Origin: Octopus vulgaris
Taxonomy: Eukaryota
DNA length: 64,000 bases
Direction of reading: 5' to 3'
Assembly (NCBI GenBank): GCA_951406725.2
Contig: OX597814.1
Location: 30,504,001-30,568,000, forward strand
The translations under genes were made by a program, and so were the position numbers. How positions within the stretch are numbered: position 1 is the first letter of the stretch; each line of letters begins with the position of its first letter. Below the pieces are notes generated by a model. It made no database searches and was not told where the DNA came from. It saw only the letters and a program-made list of their open reading frames with translations. Shown here one piece after another: positions 26,625 through 40,656 of the stretch.

Positions 26625-28000
26625 TTAAATGCTAAATGGTTTAAATACTAGACTTTCTTTTTTTTTTTAACTTTGATTTTTGCATTTGTACCTAATTGTT
26701 TGATTACACTATGTTGTAGTTTCTTTACCTCACTATTTTAAGATTTCTTTTGGATGGACATCATATCTGTTAAAGATCGCGTCTTGTCCCAAGAAATCAA
26801 ATCTGGGAAACCATTGTTGAATTGTATAATTTTTGATGCTGATGTTTCTTCATAATGGCATCTCTAACGTCAGCTGAGTTTGTGACTTGTTACTGGATGA
26901 TAACTTTTATGACTCTGTCTGTATGAATGTGAGAGCATTCAGGTTAGCAATCTGGAATACAGGAAACGTTTTAGCATTTTTAGCTTCCCTACTGCTGTTA
27001 CAGTTCATCTAATTGTGTGGGTGTATGTGTTTTCATGGCTTATCAATAAAACTTGATCATCTTCTCATTAAAAGAAACAACAACAAAAACAAAACAAAAG
27101 AGAGTTCAAGACTTAAAAAAAAAAAACACAACAGCAATATTGCTGAAAATGAATAAATCACTTGCTATCATATGTGTTTTGTTGCACATGATAGCTTTTG
27201 GCTTGGTGTTGGTGTGGCTTTTAATTTTAGTCTGTTTTGTATTGAATTTATACTGTACTTTTCTTTAAGGATTAATATTATATGATAGCAAATTTGTTTA
27301 ATATAATTTTGGAGAGAGCGAAAGGAAGAGAGAGAAATAGAAAGTCTCTTGGTTATGAAAATCTGACTATGAGGTTAAAAACAAACCTTAAATTGCAAAT
27401 ATTTATTTATAATTTTCTTTTTCCGAAACATTATTTGTTTCTAATTTTCTATCTCTGAAGGGGTTTTTTTTCCCCTTCTTCTGACATCCTTTGTCTGTAC
27501 TGCTTCATCTCTCTCTACTTTCCTTTTGTATATATCCATTCATCAAATCAACATAGTATTTAGATGACTCAACTGGGTTTTCGGTATTCAATTTGTGTAT
27601 ATTTTATGTTTCTTTAAAATAAATAAATAAATAAATAAATATATGTATGTATGTGTGTGTGTGTGTATATATATATATGAATTTAAAGGAAAAGTTGAAG
27701 AAAAAAAATTTTTTTTTTATTTTTGTTTTTCTCTCTCCTCTCCCAACACATTTATTGTTGGTTTGTTTCATTAAAAATTTCCATCTGAGCGAAAAATAAT
27801 AGAGAGAAAATGATATAAAAATGAGAAACATTAGAAAAATATTGCCATGAGTTAAATCGGCGATATATTGCAAAATTGATTCATATATTGTCCTTCTTAT
27901 GTCTTCTTGTTTGAATGGACATCAGTTTACTTAGGCATGAAATCTTCTAGAACTGCTTCTTCATAGAAATGCTTTCCTCTGTAGTGTCTTAGAATATGCC

Positions 28001-28044
<44 letters not shown>

Positions 28045-29516
28045 TAAATATACATATTTGCACACATGCACTCATAGGCACGGCTACACACTCAGTTTGC
28101 TTCGTTAAATTTTGTTGTCATTTGTTTTATTTCTCGGTGATAAATGTTCACAAGCAGTATATTTTATGAATTATATTTGAATGTGTTGTTATTGTTATTA
28201 TTGCTGTTGTTATTTAATTTCTGTCTCTTATTTGTGTTCTAAAACTTGCTTGCAGATCTATGAAAGTCTAAGTTAGCCGTTAGCTCCTTAATTCTTTCAT
28301 TTGACTTCCAGATTTTTGTTATTTCATGAAAAGGAACTTGCAAATAACAGAATATTTCTAGATGTTTTTCTGAGATATTTCTCCAGCGTACACTGACACT
28401 TCTATTGTCTATTCTTCTAATATTTCAATCTACTTTTATTATTTAATTCTCAGGCATCTATCTTGATATTGGAAGAGTTCTTCAATTGCTTCTTTGTGTG
28501 TGTGTATGTATGTGCTGCATGAAATCTTAGTGGTGCTAAGTGAAATGTAGAATAGTGCACAAACTCACTTTAGTTTCTTGAAAGATGTAGTTTTGAATTG
28601 TGTTACTTGGTTTCTTACCATTTCTTTATTTAACTTGCACACTATTCCATTCTGTCTATCTACCTATTGTGTGTGTGTGTGTATATATATATATATGCAT
28701 GTGTGTGTATATATAGCATGGAAAACGGACGTTAAACGATGATGATTTTTTATATATATATGACGTTAAATGATGATGATGATATATATATATAAAATAT
28801 CTTTTTATTTGTTTCAGTCATTAGATTGGGGCCATGTTAGGGCATGGCAATGAAGAATTTTTAGTCGAATGAATTGACCCCCCAATACTTATTTTTTCAA
28901 GCAAGCTTGGTACTTATTCTATCAGTACTTTTTGTGAACCGCTATGTTGTGGGGACATAAACATCAACTGTTGTGTAGTGAAGCCTGTCATGCACATGTG
29001 CACACTCACACATACATACACACACACACACAGTGTGTGTGTGCGTGTGGTAGGCTTCTTTCGGTTTGCATCTGTTAAATCCACTCAAGGCTTCAGTCAG
29101 CCTGAGGCTGTAGTAGAAATTTTTCCAAGGTGTCACTTGGTGGAATTTGAACCTGGAACCATGTGGTTGAGAAGCAAGGTTCTTACCACACAGCCATACC
29201 TAGTACATGGTCAATGGCTTGCTATAGAAGCTCATACAACTATTGTACTAACAGGGCATGAAACTTACCGTGACATGCATTTAAATCCCATTTATTAAAT
29301 GATATCCACACACATGCATACTCTCACTTCATATCTCCCCCCCTCTCTCTTTCTCTCTCTCTCTCTCACACACACACGTACGTGGCAAGCTACCATATCC
29401 ACTCACAAGGCTGTCTGGGGCTGTAGTAGAAGACAGTAGGGTGCCACTCAGTGGGACTGAACCCGGAACCAAATGGTTGGAAAGCTGTTTTTTTTTAACT
29501 ATACAACTGTGCCTAT

Positions 29517-29554
<38 letters not shown>

Positions 29555-29713
29555 CACAGGCATGGCTTTGTCGTAAGAAGCTTGCTTCTCAAACATGAAG
29601 TTGATTCCTACTGTGTATCACCTTGGGCAAGTATCCTCTTCTATAGACTCAGACTGACCTAAGCCTTGTGAGTCCATTTGATCGATGGTAACTGAAAGAA
29701 GCCCATCATCTAT

Positions 29714-29904
<191 letters not shown>

Positions 29905-30240
29905 GTGTGTGTGTTTGTCTCCCCACCACTGCTTGACAACCATTTTTGGTTTGTTGTCCCTATAACTTAGTGGTTCTGCAAAAGAGACCAATAAAATAAG
30001 TACCAGGCTTTAAAAAAAGAAGTACCGGGCTCAGTTCACGTTTCAAGGTGATGCCCCAGCATGGCTGCAGTTTTATGACTGAAACAAGTAAAAGAAAAGA
30101 GAAAAGATTATATATATCATCATTATTTAACATCTGTCTTCCATACATGCATGGGTAGGATGGATGACAGGAGCCAGCCAGGCAGAATAACTACCCTAGG
30201 TTACTGTGTCTATGTATATATATGCGTACATACAAATATT

Positions 30241-30533
30241 ACTAAGGGTACAAGTAAGTGCCAGCATTGTTAGAGTTAAAACAACACTTAGCCATGAACA
30301 GAACATTTTCTGTTACAAAAGGACTAATTTATTGATTGACAAGGGAGACAAGCTCCCTAAGCAAGTGAGGGTGCCATATCACAGTGATTTTTAGGTCAAA
30401 TTAATCCTCATCATTGACGCTACCCCATTGCCCCTGGGCAGTTGATAGATAAGTGCTTTTGTAAGAGAAAATGTTCTGTTCATGGCTAAGAGTTGTATTT
30501 CTAGCAATGTTGGTGCTTACTTGCACTCATAGT
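30241..30533. repeat. Fold-back element with about 105-110 bp inverted arms
   Basis: cttagccatgaacagaacattttct is matched by agaaaatgttctgttcatggctaag, with further imperfect pairing on both sides. Confidence 0.85.
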
Positions 30534-31237
30534 TACTTTTAGTAACGTCTATACTTGTGCCTTTTGGTTTTAAATTGTGACTAGCCACTTTAATAATTCA
30601 TGTATATCTTGTTGCTCACACATGACCATCATCCATCTTTCTTTTCCTCATGTGACCATCTTTATTTTCCTGCATGATGTTCTAAGGTCTGGACGTCTTC
30701 TATCTCTCTCTTCTATTTGTATCTCTCTTGTATCTTTTTTCTTTTCAAAGAAAATATTTCTCCCAGCTTTCACTATTTTCCTCTCGTTCTGGTCTAACCA
30801 TCCGCCATTTTTGTTTTCGTTCGGTTTCCTTGTATATCTCCACTGTCCTGTTTTTGTTTCCAAATTTGACCCTTCATAAATCCAAAATTTTATTTTGGAA
30901 TTTATGTCTTCGAAGACTCATTGTCATTGAATGCTTGAAATGAGGAGTTGATAGACAGCCGACAACTAATGAAGAGTCGTTCTCCATGTTACGTGTCTTT
31001 TCCATTTTTTTTACTCTTTTTGTTTGCGTATTTAACTTGTTTGATTTCATATTTCATGTTGTTTACACAGTTGGTGACGTTCTGTACCCATATATGCACA
31101 TATATATATAAAAAATCAAAATAATCAACAGGATATCTTGTTGCTTATTTTGATATTATTCACCTTACTTCGAGCTGTGTGGATAATACTGGACTGACTT
31201 GGTGCTTCAGCTTAATTACCTAATTCAACTGAATCTC

Positions 31238-31272
<35 letters not shown>

Positions 31273-31700
31273 AAATAAGAAAATGGAGGAATAGATTTCT
31301 TTCAATCATCAACTACCAGATAATACCAATTCATATAATTTATTAACTAATTATTTAGATTAAATAGGAACATCCAAATCCAACAGAATAATACAATATA
31401 CATCAATAAGTACGATAATACCATAAGAATAATACATATAAAAATGGATCTTACAGCTGTTTCAACCTGTAGATAAGAGTATCTCATTATGAATGAATTG
31501 CATTGCAATTCCTAGCATTTATGTATTAGCCTTTCTGGGTACTTTACTGGCAGTATATTGGATAAATGATATCCCATAGTGGGTTACACTCATAACCCCT
31601 ATCTCACTTTATATATATATATATAGATATATAGTGTGTATTGGACTTATAGGCAATAACTTTTTCTCTTGTTAATGTATTGATGATTTATCTGTTTCAG

Positions 31701-31811
31701 CTCCTGCTCGGGGTGCTGCACCTCCTGGAAACATGATGATGGGAATGCGAGGGCCACCTCCAATGGGACGTGCTGCACCACCTCCACCTGCTATGAGAGG
31801 ACCACCACCAG
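31701..31811 (+). CDS. SNRPB: SmB/B' exon 4 (Pro/Gly/Met/Arg-rich tail)
   Basis: tttcag acceptor and gtatta donor; 111 nt, phase 1-1; encodes APARGAAPPGNMMMGMRGPPPMGRAAPPPPAMRGPPPG. Missed by the ORF track. Confidence 0.92.
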
Positions 31812-34800
31812 GTATTAACCCATTTCAATTATTTTTATTTCATTGTATCGTGTTTTGTGTGCTAACATAGTGTAAATTGCATGTGTCTTTCTCTCTTTTG
31901 ATGTAAAGGCAGAGTAGTTTTGTAGAAATTCAATATGGCTCCAGATACCATGACACTTCTGCTGGTGTCCCTGTGGTCATCCAGAGAAAACATGTTGAAA
32001 AGAAGCTATTAAGCACTTTAACCCTTCAGCATTTAAACCGGCCATATCCGGCCAAAAATATTTTACCTGTTTTATGTTCAAACTAGCCCTATCTGGTCTC
32101 TCGCACCAACCCTACAATATTGTTTAAAAAATTAACAGCTACCTCATCAAAATCTCATAGCTACAAGATAATGCATGATTAATTCAAAACAATGTGGATA
32201 AAAAAGGATATAATGCGAACACTAAAGGGTTAAAGCAATTTTAACAATAGATATTGAGATTTACTGAGCTTGCACGCTTATCTTGGAACAACTGATTCTG
32301 TGAAACCAACTTCACAATGTAAAGTGTAGATGTTTGCATGGTGCTTTGCTCTTGTATATCCTAGAAAATAAACAAATTTCCTTGTTTTTATTTTAATGTA
32401 TTAGTTTATGGTACTCGGAGCATTATTTACTTTTTCAACTGTAAACAATATTGTTACCGTATTAGCAGTGATAGAGCACATATTTAACCACAGAAATATA
32501 AAAACAAAAAAAAAAAAAACTTAATCATTTTTTATTCATAAGGGCTGTGATTTGATTAAGAATGTATCATTACTTGAGCAACAAGTACATATGCACACAT
32601 ACACCAACTAGCTGCAGATTCCTGGATTTACTCAAATTAATGATCTTAGATGCAAACAATTTTATGCACTTGCACTGAGCATAGTTCCCAGGCATGGGGT
32701 CACTGCACTGTGAAATACTCCATTTCTGGCAGATGTTGCAACCATACATATCATGGTGTCCATTAGTATGCTTATTGCTTATTAATAGGCAAAAGGCAAA
32801 TTACTTAAATTATTATGTAATTAAAACTTGATCAATATCAGTAATTATGAATCTGTTTATTATTGTTGTAGAAAAGGTTCCCTAATTTTGCGTATTATAT
32901 GGAAGAGGCTTTCATTAACCCTTTGTTACCGTATTTATTTTGCGATGTTCTGTGTTTCTTTCAATTATTTTAAATATAACAAAGAATTTAGTAAAATAAC
33001 TTAGTTATCAAGCTAGTGTTAGGAACATAAATTGTGACTAAGATTTGGTGGAAGATTTTAATTCAAAACTTATGAAAAACAAGACATTTGTGCTACAGAG
33101 CCAGAGCCAGTTTCAGCCAGGTTGGTAATGAAAGGGTTAATAGATTGGTGGATTTAAAGAGAGATGGTCATTGTTGCTGTTGAAAGTGGGTTGATTATCA
33201 TGCTAAGACCAAATAATGTTATTATACTCATGGCATCATATACTTTCTATTGCATTTAGCACTGGTTGCACCCATAGAGGGCTATGTGATTTGTTTATCT
33301 CTTATTTAAAAGCTGTAAATATCACCAGCTCTAGGTAGCTATTGATTCTGTTATTGAGAGCAAACAGTTGTTTGCTTGACCTGCTAAAAACAGCAGCTAT
33401 TTTTGCTTAAAAAGAGAAGATTGGATAATGTAGTCTTACATACATCCTAACTAGAAAATCTTTGATCATGTTTGCTCAGTCATTGCTGGCCTGGTGTTAA
33501 GCAATCGGTATGAGATGATTTCAGAGGAAAACCATTTGTATGATGAATATTCTTTTTTCAATCTTACTATAAAATGTTTTAACGTCTATTACAATTGTGC
33601 ATCCTTCCTTTGTTTTTTGTTTTTAAATTTTGACTTCATCATTTAACATTTGTTTTCCATGGGTTGGACAGCCTGATAGGAACTGGTAAGACAAGGGGCC
33701 ACACCAAGCTCCATTGCCTGTTTTGGCATGGTTTCTATGGCTGGATGCCCTTCCTAACACCAACCGTGTTACAAAGTTTACTGGGTGCTTTTTACTTGAC
33801 ACCAGCACCAGTGCTTTTTATGTGACACTTGGTTTTGAGATCTCAATTATATTGTGGTTGGCGGGTCTTCTCGAGTACTGCAGTGTTCCACATATCTCAG
33901 TCCTCTGTCATCTCTTTCATAAGGGCCAGCTGTACCTGATATTAACATTTTTAGATTTAAGTAATAGATTTCTTGGTTGCACTCAGCTTCCACTTAGACT
34001 GAGTATCCTTTGCTTTTCTTCCTATTTGAGTTTTGGCTCTAAATATTAAATGCAGTCCTTCACCCAATGAACTTCAGTTCCATGGAATTTTATTACAGCT
34101 TACGTGCTTCTGAGATATACTAACTTTAACCCATATAAACCCCTGGTTGTGTTTTTGCCTTGCAAAACCTGCTCCTACTTGTTTGGACATGAACTCACCA
34201 GGAAGCATTTGACTGAGCATACGGAATGTTCAGTAGGCAGTCGACACCCATAGCTAACAGTTGCATACTGTCCTTCTCTTCCATGAACAAATGTACAAAT
34301 TAGTCAGTTGATTTCTCTTTCTGAAAATCCCACTTTACCCAGATTCTCCTTTAAGTATTTACTAACAAAACCTAGTGCTCCAATTATTATTGGCATGAAT
34401 ATGCTTGAGAAGCAAGCTTCTTAGTCACATAACCCTGTCTGTACTTATGTTGAACTTGAAACTATGTGATTGAGGAGTGAACTTTTTAACCACATGGCCA
34501 ATGTGTGTGGGTGAATGTCTACATTCTACTTCTGGATGAAACCTATTAAGTAAAAAAACAGTGATATGCTGACATTCCTTGTTAACAAATTATCCTTAGC
34601 TCTGTGCTTTTGAAGATGGAATAAAAAATATCTTTTACTTGGGAAAACATAAAGGTTAGTGACAGGAAGGGCATCCACTTTAAAATAATATTTCAATAAT
34701 CTTCATCCAATCCATGCTACCTTGTATAAATGGACAAATACTACTGCTTTTGCAGTTTTGATAATGGTCCAATAAATGTTGATAATATTACGTCAAGGAT

Positions 34801-36065
34801 AACACATCGCAGCTATAAATTAGTTTGCTTCCTCAGTAAAGAGTAACTTAGCTGTTTGTTTATTCAGCAGCCTTTTGTATAGGTTTCCCTGTAATGTTGT
34901 GTATTGAAAAGTAATCTAGAGGGAAAGATTAGGAAAATAACGCAGGTTGTTATATTTCTGTTGTTGATCTTTCTCTGTTACTTGATGTTGCTTCCCCTCT
35001 TCGTATTATCTGCAGCAATTTTTTCCCATTTTTTTCCATTTTCTGATTTTTCTATTCTTGCAACATTTATTATTTGTTGCAGTAAAATTATTGTTGTTAT
35101 TGTTATTATTTTTATTATTATTATTATTATTCTTGCTGTTGTTATTGTTATTATTTTTATTATTATCTAGCAAGGGACCAAAAATATCTAGTCTGCAATT
35201 TCTTTACTGACAGACAAGATACACTATGCGAGTTTGCAATTACCTCAACCATGGCCCAAGGTTGTGGCACTCTGAATTTATCTGCTGGGCTATCAAATTA
35301 AAGCAATTTTCATCTTTTTGAATACTGCTTCCATTTATTGTGTTCTACAGCTAGAATATGCATTAACAATCTGCCTTGGGGCTCTGTCAGGTGTTTTTGT
35401 GCCTACAAGATACTGTGTTAATTGCCTCCCTTTCCCATTACTTTATATCCACACCACGCCACACCACTCACATATTTTCCATCAAACAAGTTCAATTTAA
35501 ACCAAACACACCACCTCCTCCTCCTCTCCACCAGTCTTTCTTCACTTTGAAGATTTTCTCCTCCCCCACTTCTTCCTTACTCTGAATTTCCAATTCATGC
35601 TGTGGCGATTGGATGCTGTTGCTGTTGCTGTTGCTGTTTAGTGTGTTGTTGCCAGTAGCAGCTAAGTAAAGTGCTCTATAGATAACCGACGGTCACAATT
35701 TAGTTAGATATATTGATTCCCACAGTGTTTAACTGTTTATGACAATAATTGGTTGGAGCTCAGCCTGAACTCTCTTGTGGCTGCTGCATCAGGCAGAATC
35801 TTAGTATTTCTGCTAGTGGTAGGTAGTAGACGATACACTGCCAGAAATAAAATCTCAAACAAATCCAATTGTTGGGATGCTTTTTAAAAGTACATTTCAA
35901 CTATTTAGTAAGTTAAGTGTTCAGTGTCTGAAATATTTAAGATCAACGAGTGTACACACACACATACTCACAATTGTTTAAATGTCCCCTTTTCCATGCC
36001 AACCCGTGCCAGCATGGAACATGGACTTCGGTGATGATGATGATATATAATGTAATGCACTATGC

Positions 36066-36115
<50 letters not shown>

Positions 36116-37484
36116 GCACCCTGCTTTTTGTGTCAGTGTATATATGCGTGTGTGTGTGTGTAATCTATTATGTTTATATACACACATACAAGGTTAAATA
36201 AACCATAATACACACACACAATATAATTTGTCATGTGTATATTTGATTGGTGTGTAATTAACGACTTATTTTTGATTAATTATTAATTAAATTATAAAAC
36301 AGTTAATTCTGCACCAACCCAATATATTCATCCATGTACCCTTGTATGTGAACATACAGAGCTAAATAAACTAATTATGTCTGTCTGTCTGCCTGCCCGC
36401 CTACCCACCCACCCAGTGTAATCTGTTGTTTAGCTCCAGTTCAACCCTGGTCAAGCAGATCTGTGACCATCCTGACGTTAGGGGTTTCTAGGATCACACC
36501 ATCTAATGCGCCTGTTTCTTTTCAAGACGGCTGTAATTTGAGGAAAATTTGACAACCATTTCTAAACATATATTCCTCTCTGAAATTCATGTCAAGATAT
36601 GAACATTTTGTGAGGTAGGGAATATGATAACAGCATGAAGAACCTTGACTGACATTAAATATACCAAATTTGTTGTCATGATCATCATTTCATATCTGCT
36701 TTCTATGCTGGTGTGGGTTGGATGGTCTTAGTGTTGGCATGGTTTCTATAGCTGTGTGTGTTTCCTAATGCCAACCACTTTGCTGAACATACTGGGTGTT
36801 TTATTTCTGGTGCCAGTACTAACATTTGGTCTGAAACTCATTAGACTGAGTGAGAATTTAGTAGTGATGCAGGTAGATTTATGCTTGTGTTGAGAAGTTT
36901 AATCCTTTAGCATTTAAACCGGCCAAATCTGGCCTAATATTCTATGTGCTTTATGTTCAAACTGGCCAGATCCAGCCTCTCTCACCTTCACTACAATGTC
37001 AGTCTAAAAAAAAAACATTCACATCATTGAAATTTCGAAGCTATGAGATCATGCATGATTAATACAAGACAATTGGAATAAATAAGCATTATATTTGACA
37101 GTATAATCTGGATGCTAAAGGGTTAAAGTATAATAATAGAAGGAACAGGAACAATATTAAATTCTAGATACAAAGGTGCACATTTTGCTGCAGTGAACAT
37201 TGAGTAAATCAACCTCTGTAGTTGATTGCTGCTTTAGTTTATCAATCTTCAAAGGATGAAAAGTAAAGTCAGTCATTGTTGGATTAAAACTCAGTATATA
37301 AAGAAACAGGATTAACTACCACAAGGCATTATAGTATTTCAGTGCTACTGTTTCTGCTGTTCATTGCAATATAAAATTTGGAATTTAATTCATTGTGCTC
37401 ACAGAAGTTTCAATTTTATTAATTTCATTTTTTACCTGTGTTTTCTTTCATGATATATTTATATATTTTGTTTTCTATTTTTAG

Positions 37485-37525
37485 GCCCACCACCTGGAAT
37501 GAGAGGACCTCCCCCACGACCGTGA
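37485..37525 (+). CDS. SNRPB: SmB/B' last coding exon
   Basis: Pyrimidine tract and tttag acceptor; encodes GPPPGMRGPPPRP-TGA, like the PPPGMR..RP end of SmB'. Confidence 0.93.
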
Positions 37526-37671
37526 CCAAATACTTAAGTCTATCTAGGAAAGGGCAGTGATTACAACTGCAAAAATTCATGAACATTTTACAACCAAATT
37601 CAGATATCATTCATACTATTCCGAAATGTTTCCTTTTTTAAGCATTTTTTTCCACACACAATTTGATGCTA

Positions 37672-37677
37672 ATTAAA
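37672..37677 (+). terminator. Candidate polyadenylation signal ATTAAA for SNRPB
   Basis: About 150 nt after the stop codon and followed by U-rich sequence; not verified. Confidence 0.35.
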
Positions 37678-40656
37678 TTTTAAAATTAATATGTTTTATT
37701 TGTTTTCATGAAGATATTTGTAAAATTTCATCTTTGAGCCTTTCTATGGAATAACGATGTTGTTACTCTCTAATCAATTACACTTGGTATCTGTATCTGT
37801 AATAATCAAAAAAAGAAAATCGAATCAAATCAAATGTTCCCTTTGAGCTAAAGGATTATATTATTCTGGGATGTATATATTATTGCCCCGGTTGGGATGC
37901 CAGCCTGTTGCAGGTTGCCGGCTCAGTGAACTGGAAAAATATGAGGTGAAATATTTTGCATCACCTGGTCCAGGAATCGAAACCACAATCTTAATGATCA
38001 TCAGTGCAACACCCTAACCATTAAACCATGTGCATCCACTTTTATAATAATATTAACTTTATATTTTGATATAATGTGTATGGGTGAGAAGTGTTGGTCA
38101 ATTTGTCTTTTTTTTTTAATAGACGGGAAATTATAGAGGGAGGTCCAAATGCTTGCAATAGAATGTAATTCACTGAAAATAGCCAAGAGCCATGTGGCAG
38201 TGTTAAGCTGGGTGAGTGACAAGATCCTGTTTCACTACTATGCCCATTTGTTGTGCCTCTGAGCTTGGCATATAGTTCTTCTTGATTCACTTTACTGACG
38301 GACCTAAAACCCATTCTCCTCCATATGTCACAGCTAAGTGTTTAATGGCAGGAAGAGTATTTATCTATAACAAATTATCTGTGTCACGCTGAATATCCCC
38401 GAGAACTATGTTAAGGGTACACGTATCTGTGGAGTGCTCAGCCACTTACACGTTAATTTCACGAGCAGGCTGTTCTGTTGATCGGATCAAACGGAACCCT
38501 CGTTGTCTTAACCGACGGAGTGCTTCCAGTCCAGCTCTTCCAAATGCTAACTGCTTTACAGCATGTACTGGGTGCTTTTTGCATGTCAGCAGCACTAGTG
38601 AGGCCACCATGCATCTTGTAAGAATACAGATGCTGTGGTTGTGGGGTTAGATTTATGTTTGGAGATAAAGCACCCCAGTGTCATGCAAATGGCACCGATG
38701 ACAGTGGCACATAAAAGCACCCATTACACTCTTGTTTCCAGCCGTAGATTGGAGTCTGGTGCAACCGTTCAGCATACCAGCTCGGTCAAAACATCCAGCC
38801 CATGCCAGCATGGATAACAGATGTTAAATGATGATGATGATGATGATGGGTTTTAGAGAACAGCACATGGGGCAGAGCAGGTGTTTGTAGTAGAGGAGGA
38901 TCAGTAGAGGCTCTTTTACTTGTTTCAGTCATTTGACTGTGGCCATGCTGAAGCACCGCCTTTAGTCGAGCAAATCGACCCCGGGACTTATTCTTTGTAA
39001 GCCCAGTACTTATTCTATCAGTCTATTTTGCCGAACTGCTAAGTGACGGGGACGTAAACACCAGCATCGGTTGTCAAGCAATGCTAGGGGAACAAACACA
39101 GACACATAAACATATACACACACATAAATATATATACATATATACAACAGGCCTCTTTCAGTTTCCGTCTACCAAATCCACTCACAAGGCATTGGTCGGC
39201 CCGGGGCTATAGCAGAAGACACTTGCCCAAGATGCCACGCAGTGGGACTGAACCTGGAACCATGTGGTTGGTTATCAAGCTACTTACCACACAGCCACTC
39301 CTGTGCCTATGTTAAAGAATTTAAAAAAAGATGACAAAATTGTTTTTAAGGTGGTGCTCCAGTATGGCTGCATTCCAATGACTTGAACAAGTAAAAGGTT
39401 AAAAAATGATTAATTACAATACCATGTGGTGTTGGGAAAAGAAGATAGGTTTTAAAATGCAAAAGTAAGTGTTCAAAGTATATATTGTGAAATGCTTAGT
39501 CCTGTTTTGTAAGTTTTCTGCCAAACTACCACCAGTCATGAGCCTGAATAATATTGTTTTTCCTACATAGTGATTAGGTTGCTTGATGAAGTAAGACATC
39601 TCTCCAAATATGTTTCTTTATTACCCACAAGGGGCTAAACATAGAGGGGACAAACAAGGACAGACAAACGGATTAAGTCGATTACATCAACTCCAGTGCG
39701 TAACTGGTACTTAATTTATCGACCCGAAAGGATGAAAGGCAAAGTCGACCTCGGCGGAATTTGAACTCAGAACGTAACGGCAGACGAAATATGGCTACGC
39801 ATTTCGCCCGGCGTGCTAACGTTTCTGCCAGCTCGCAGCCATACTGGAGCACCACCTTAAAAACATCTCTCCAAATAGTTTAAGTGTTGGCTGTTCTCTT
39901 GCAGAATGTAATAGCCAAAGTTTTAGCTTTCAGTGAGGGTCTTGATGACGAAGTTGTTGGAATGTAGGTTATGTTATGACAGCAAAACTTAAATGGGTGT
40001 TGCATTCTTTGAAAACAGATAGTGACTGGTTCCAGCATGCATTAATGTATTGTATTTAGGATCTTTGAGAGATTTATGCTAATTTCCACAGTAGCATTAC
40101 AATTAAGAAAAAAGTGATTTCTTTAAATTCTGAAGGGGAGGGGGTCATCATTATCATCATTACTGTTGTCGTTTTAACGTCTACTTTTCCATGCTTAGAT
40201 GGATAAGACAATTCATTGAAGAAAATTTTCTATGGCCAGATGCTCTTTCTGCCACCATCATCTGTTATGAAGCAAGTAAATATTCACCCATGGCTGGACA
40301 TCTTTTCATGAAGAGTGGAAACAAACTATACAGTTTGTATGACAGTGACACTCCTTGGCAATCATGTGTCAAGCCAAGGAGTCCCTCCCCATATATATGT
40401 ATATATACCGATCAATGATACAAAAATTCAACAAAAAATGTGCTCCATCTGGTGAGAGATAAATATTTACTTAAAGGTCACAATACATATATTGAAGCGC
40501 TACTAATAGTTTCATATGTTGAGAAACCTCAAATATATTCAATTTCTTTAGTTCATTATGATATGTGGTTTGCACCTGAAGAGTGTGTTTGAATTTTTCT
40601 CAACATATAAAACTATTAGTAGCTCTTTAATACATGTATTGTGACTTTTAATAAAT

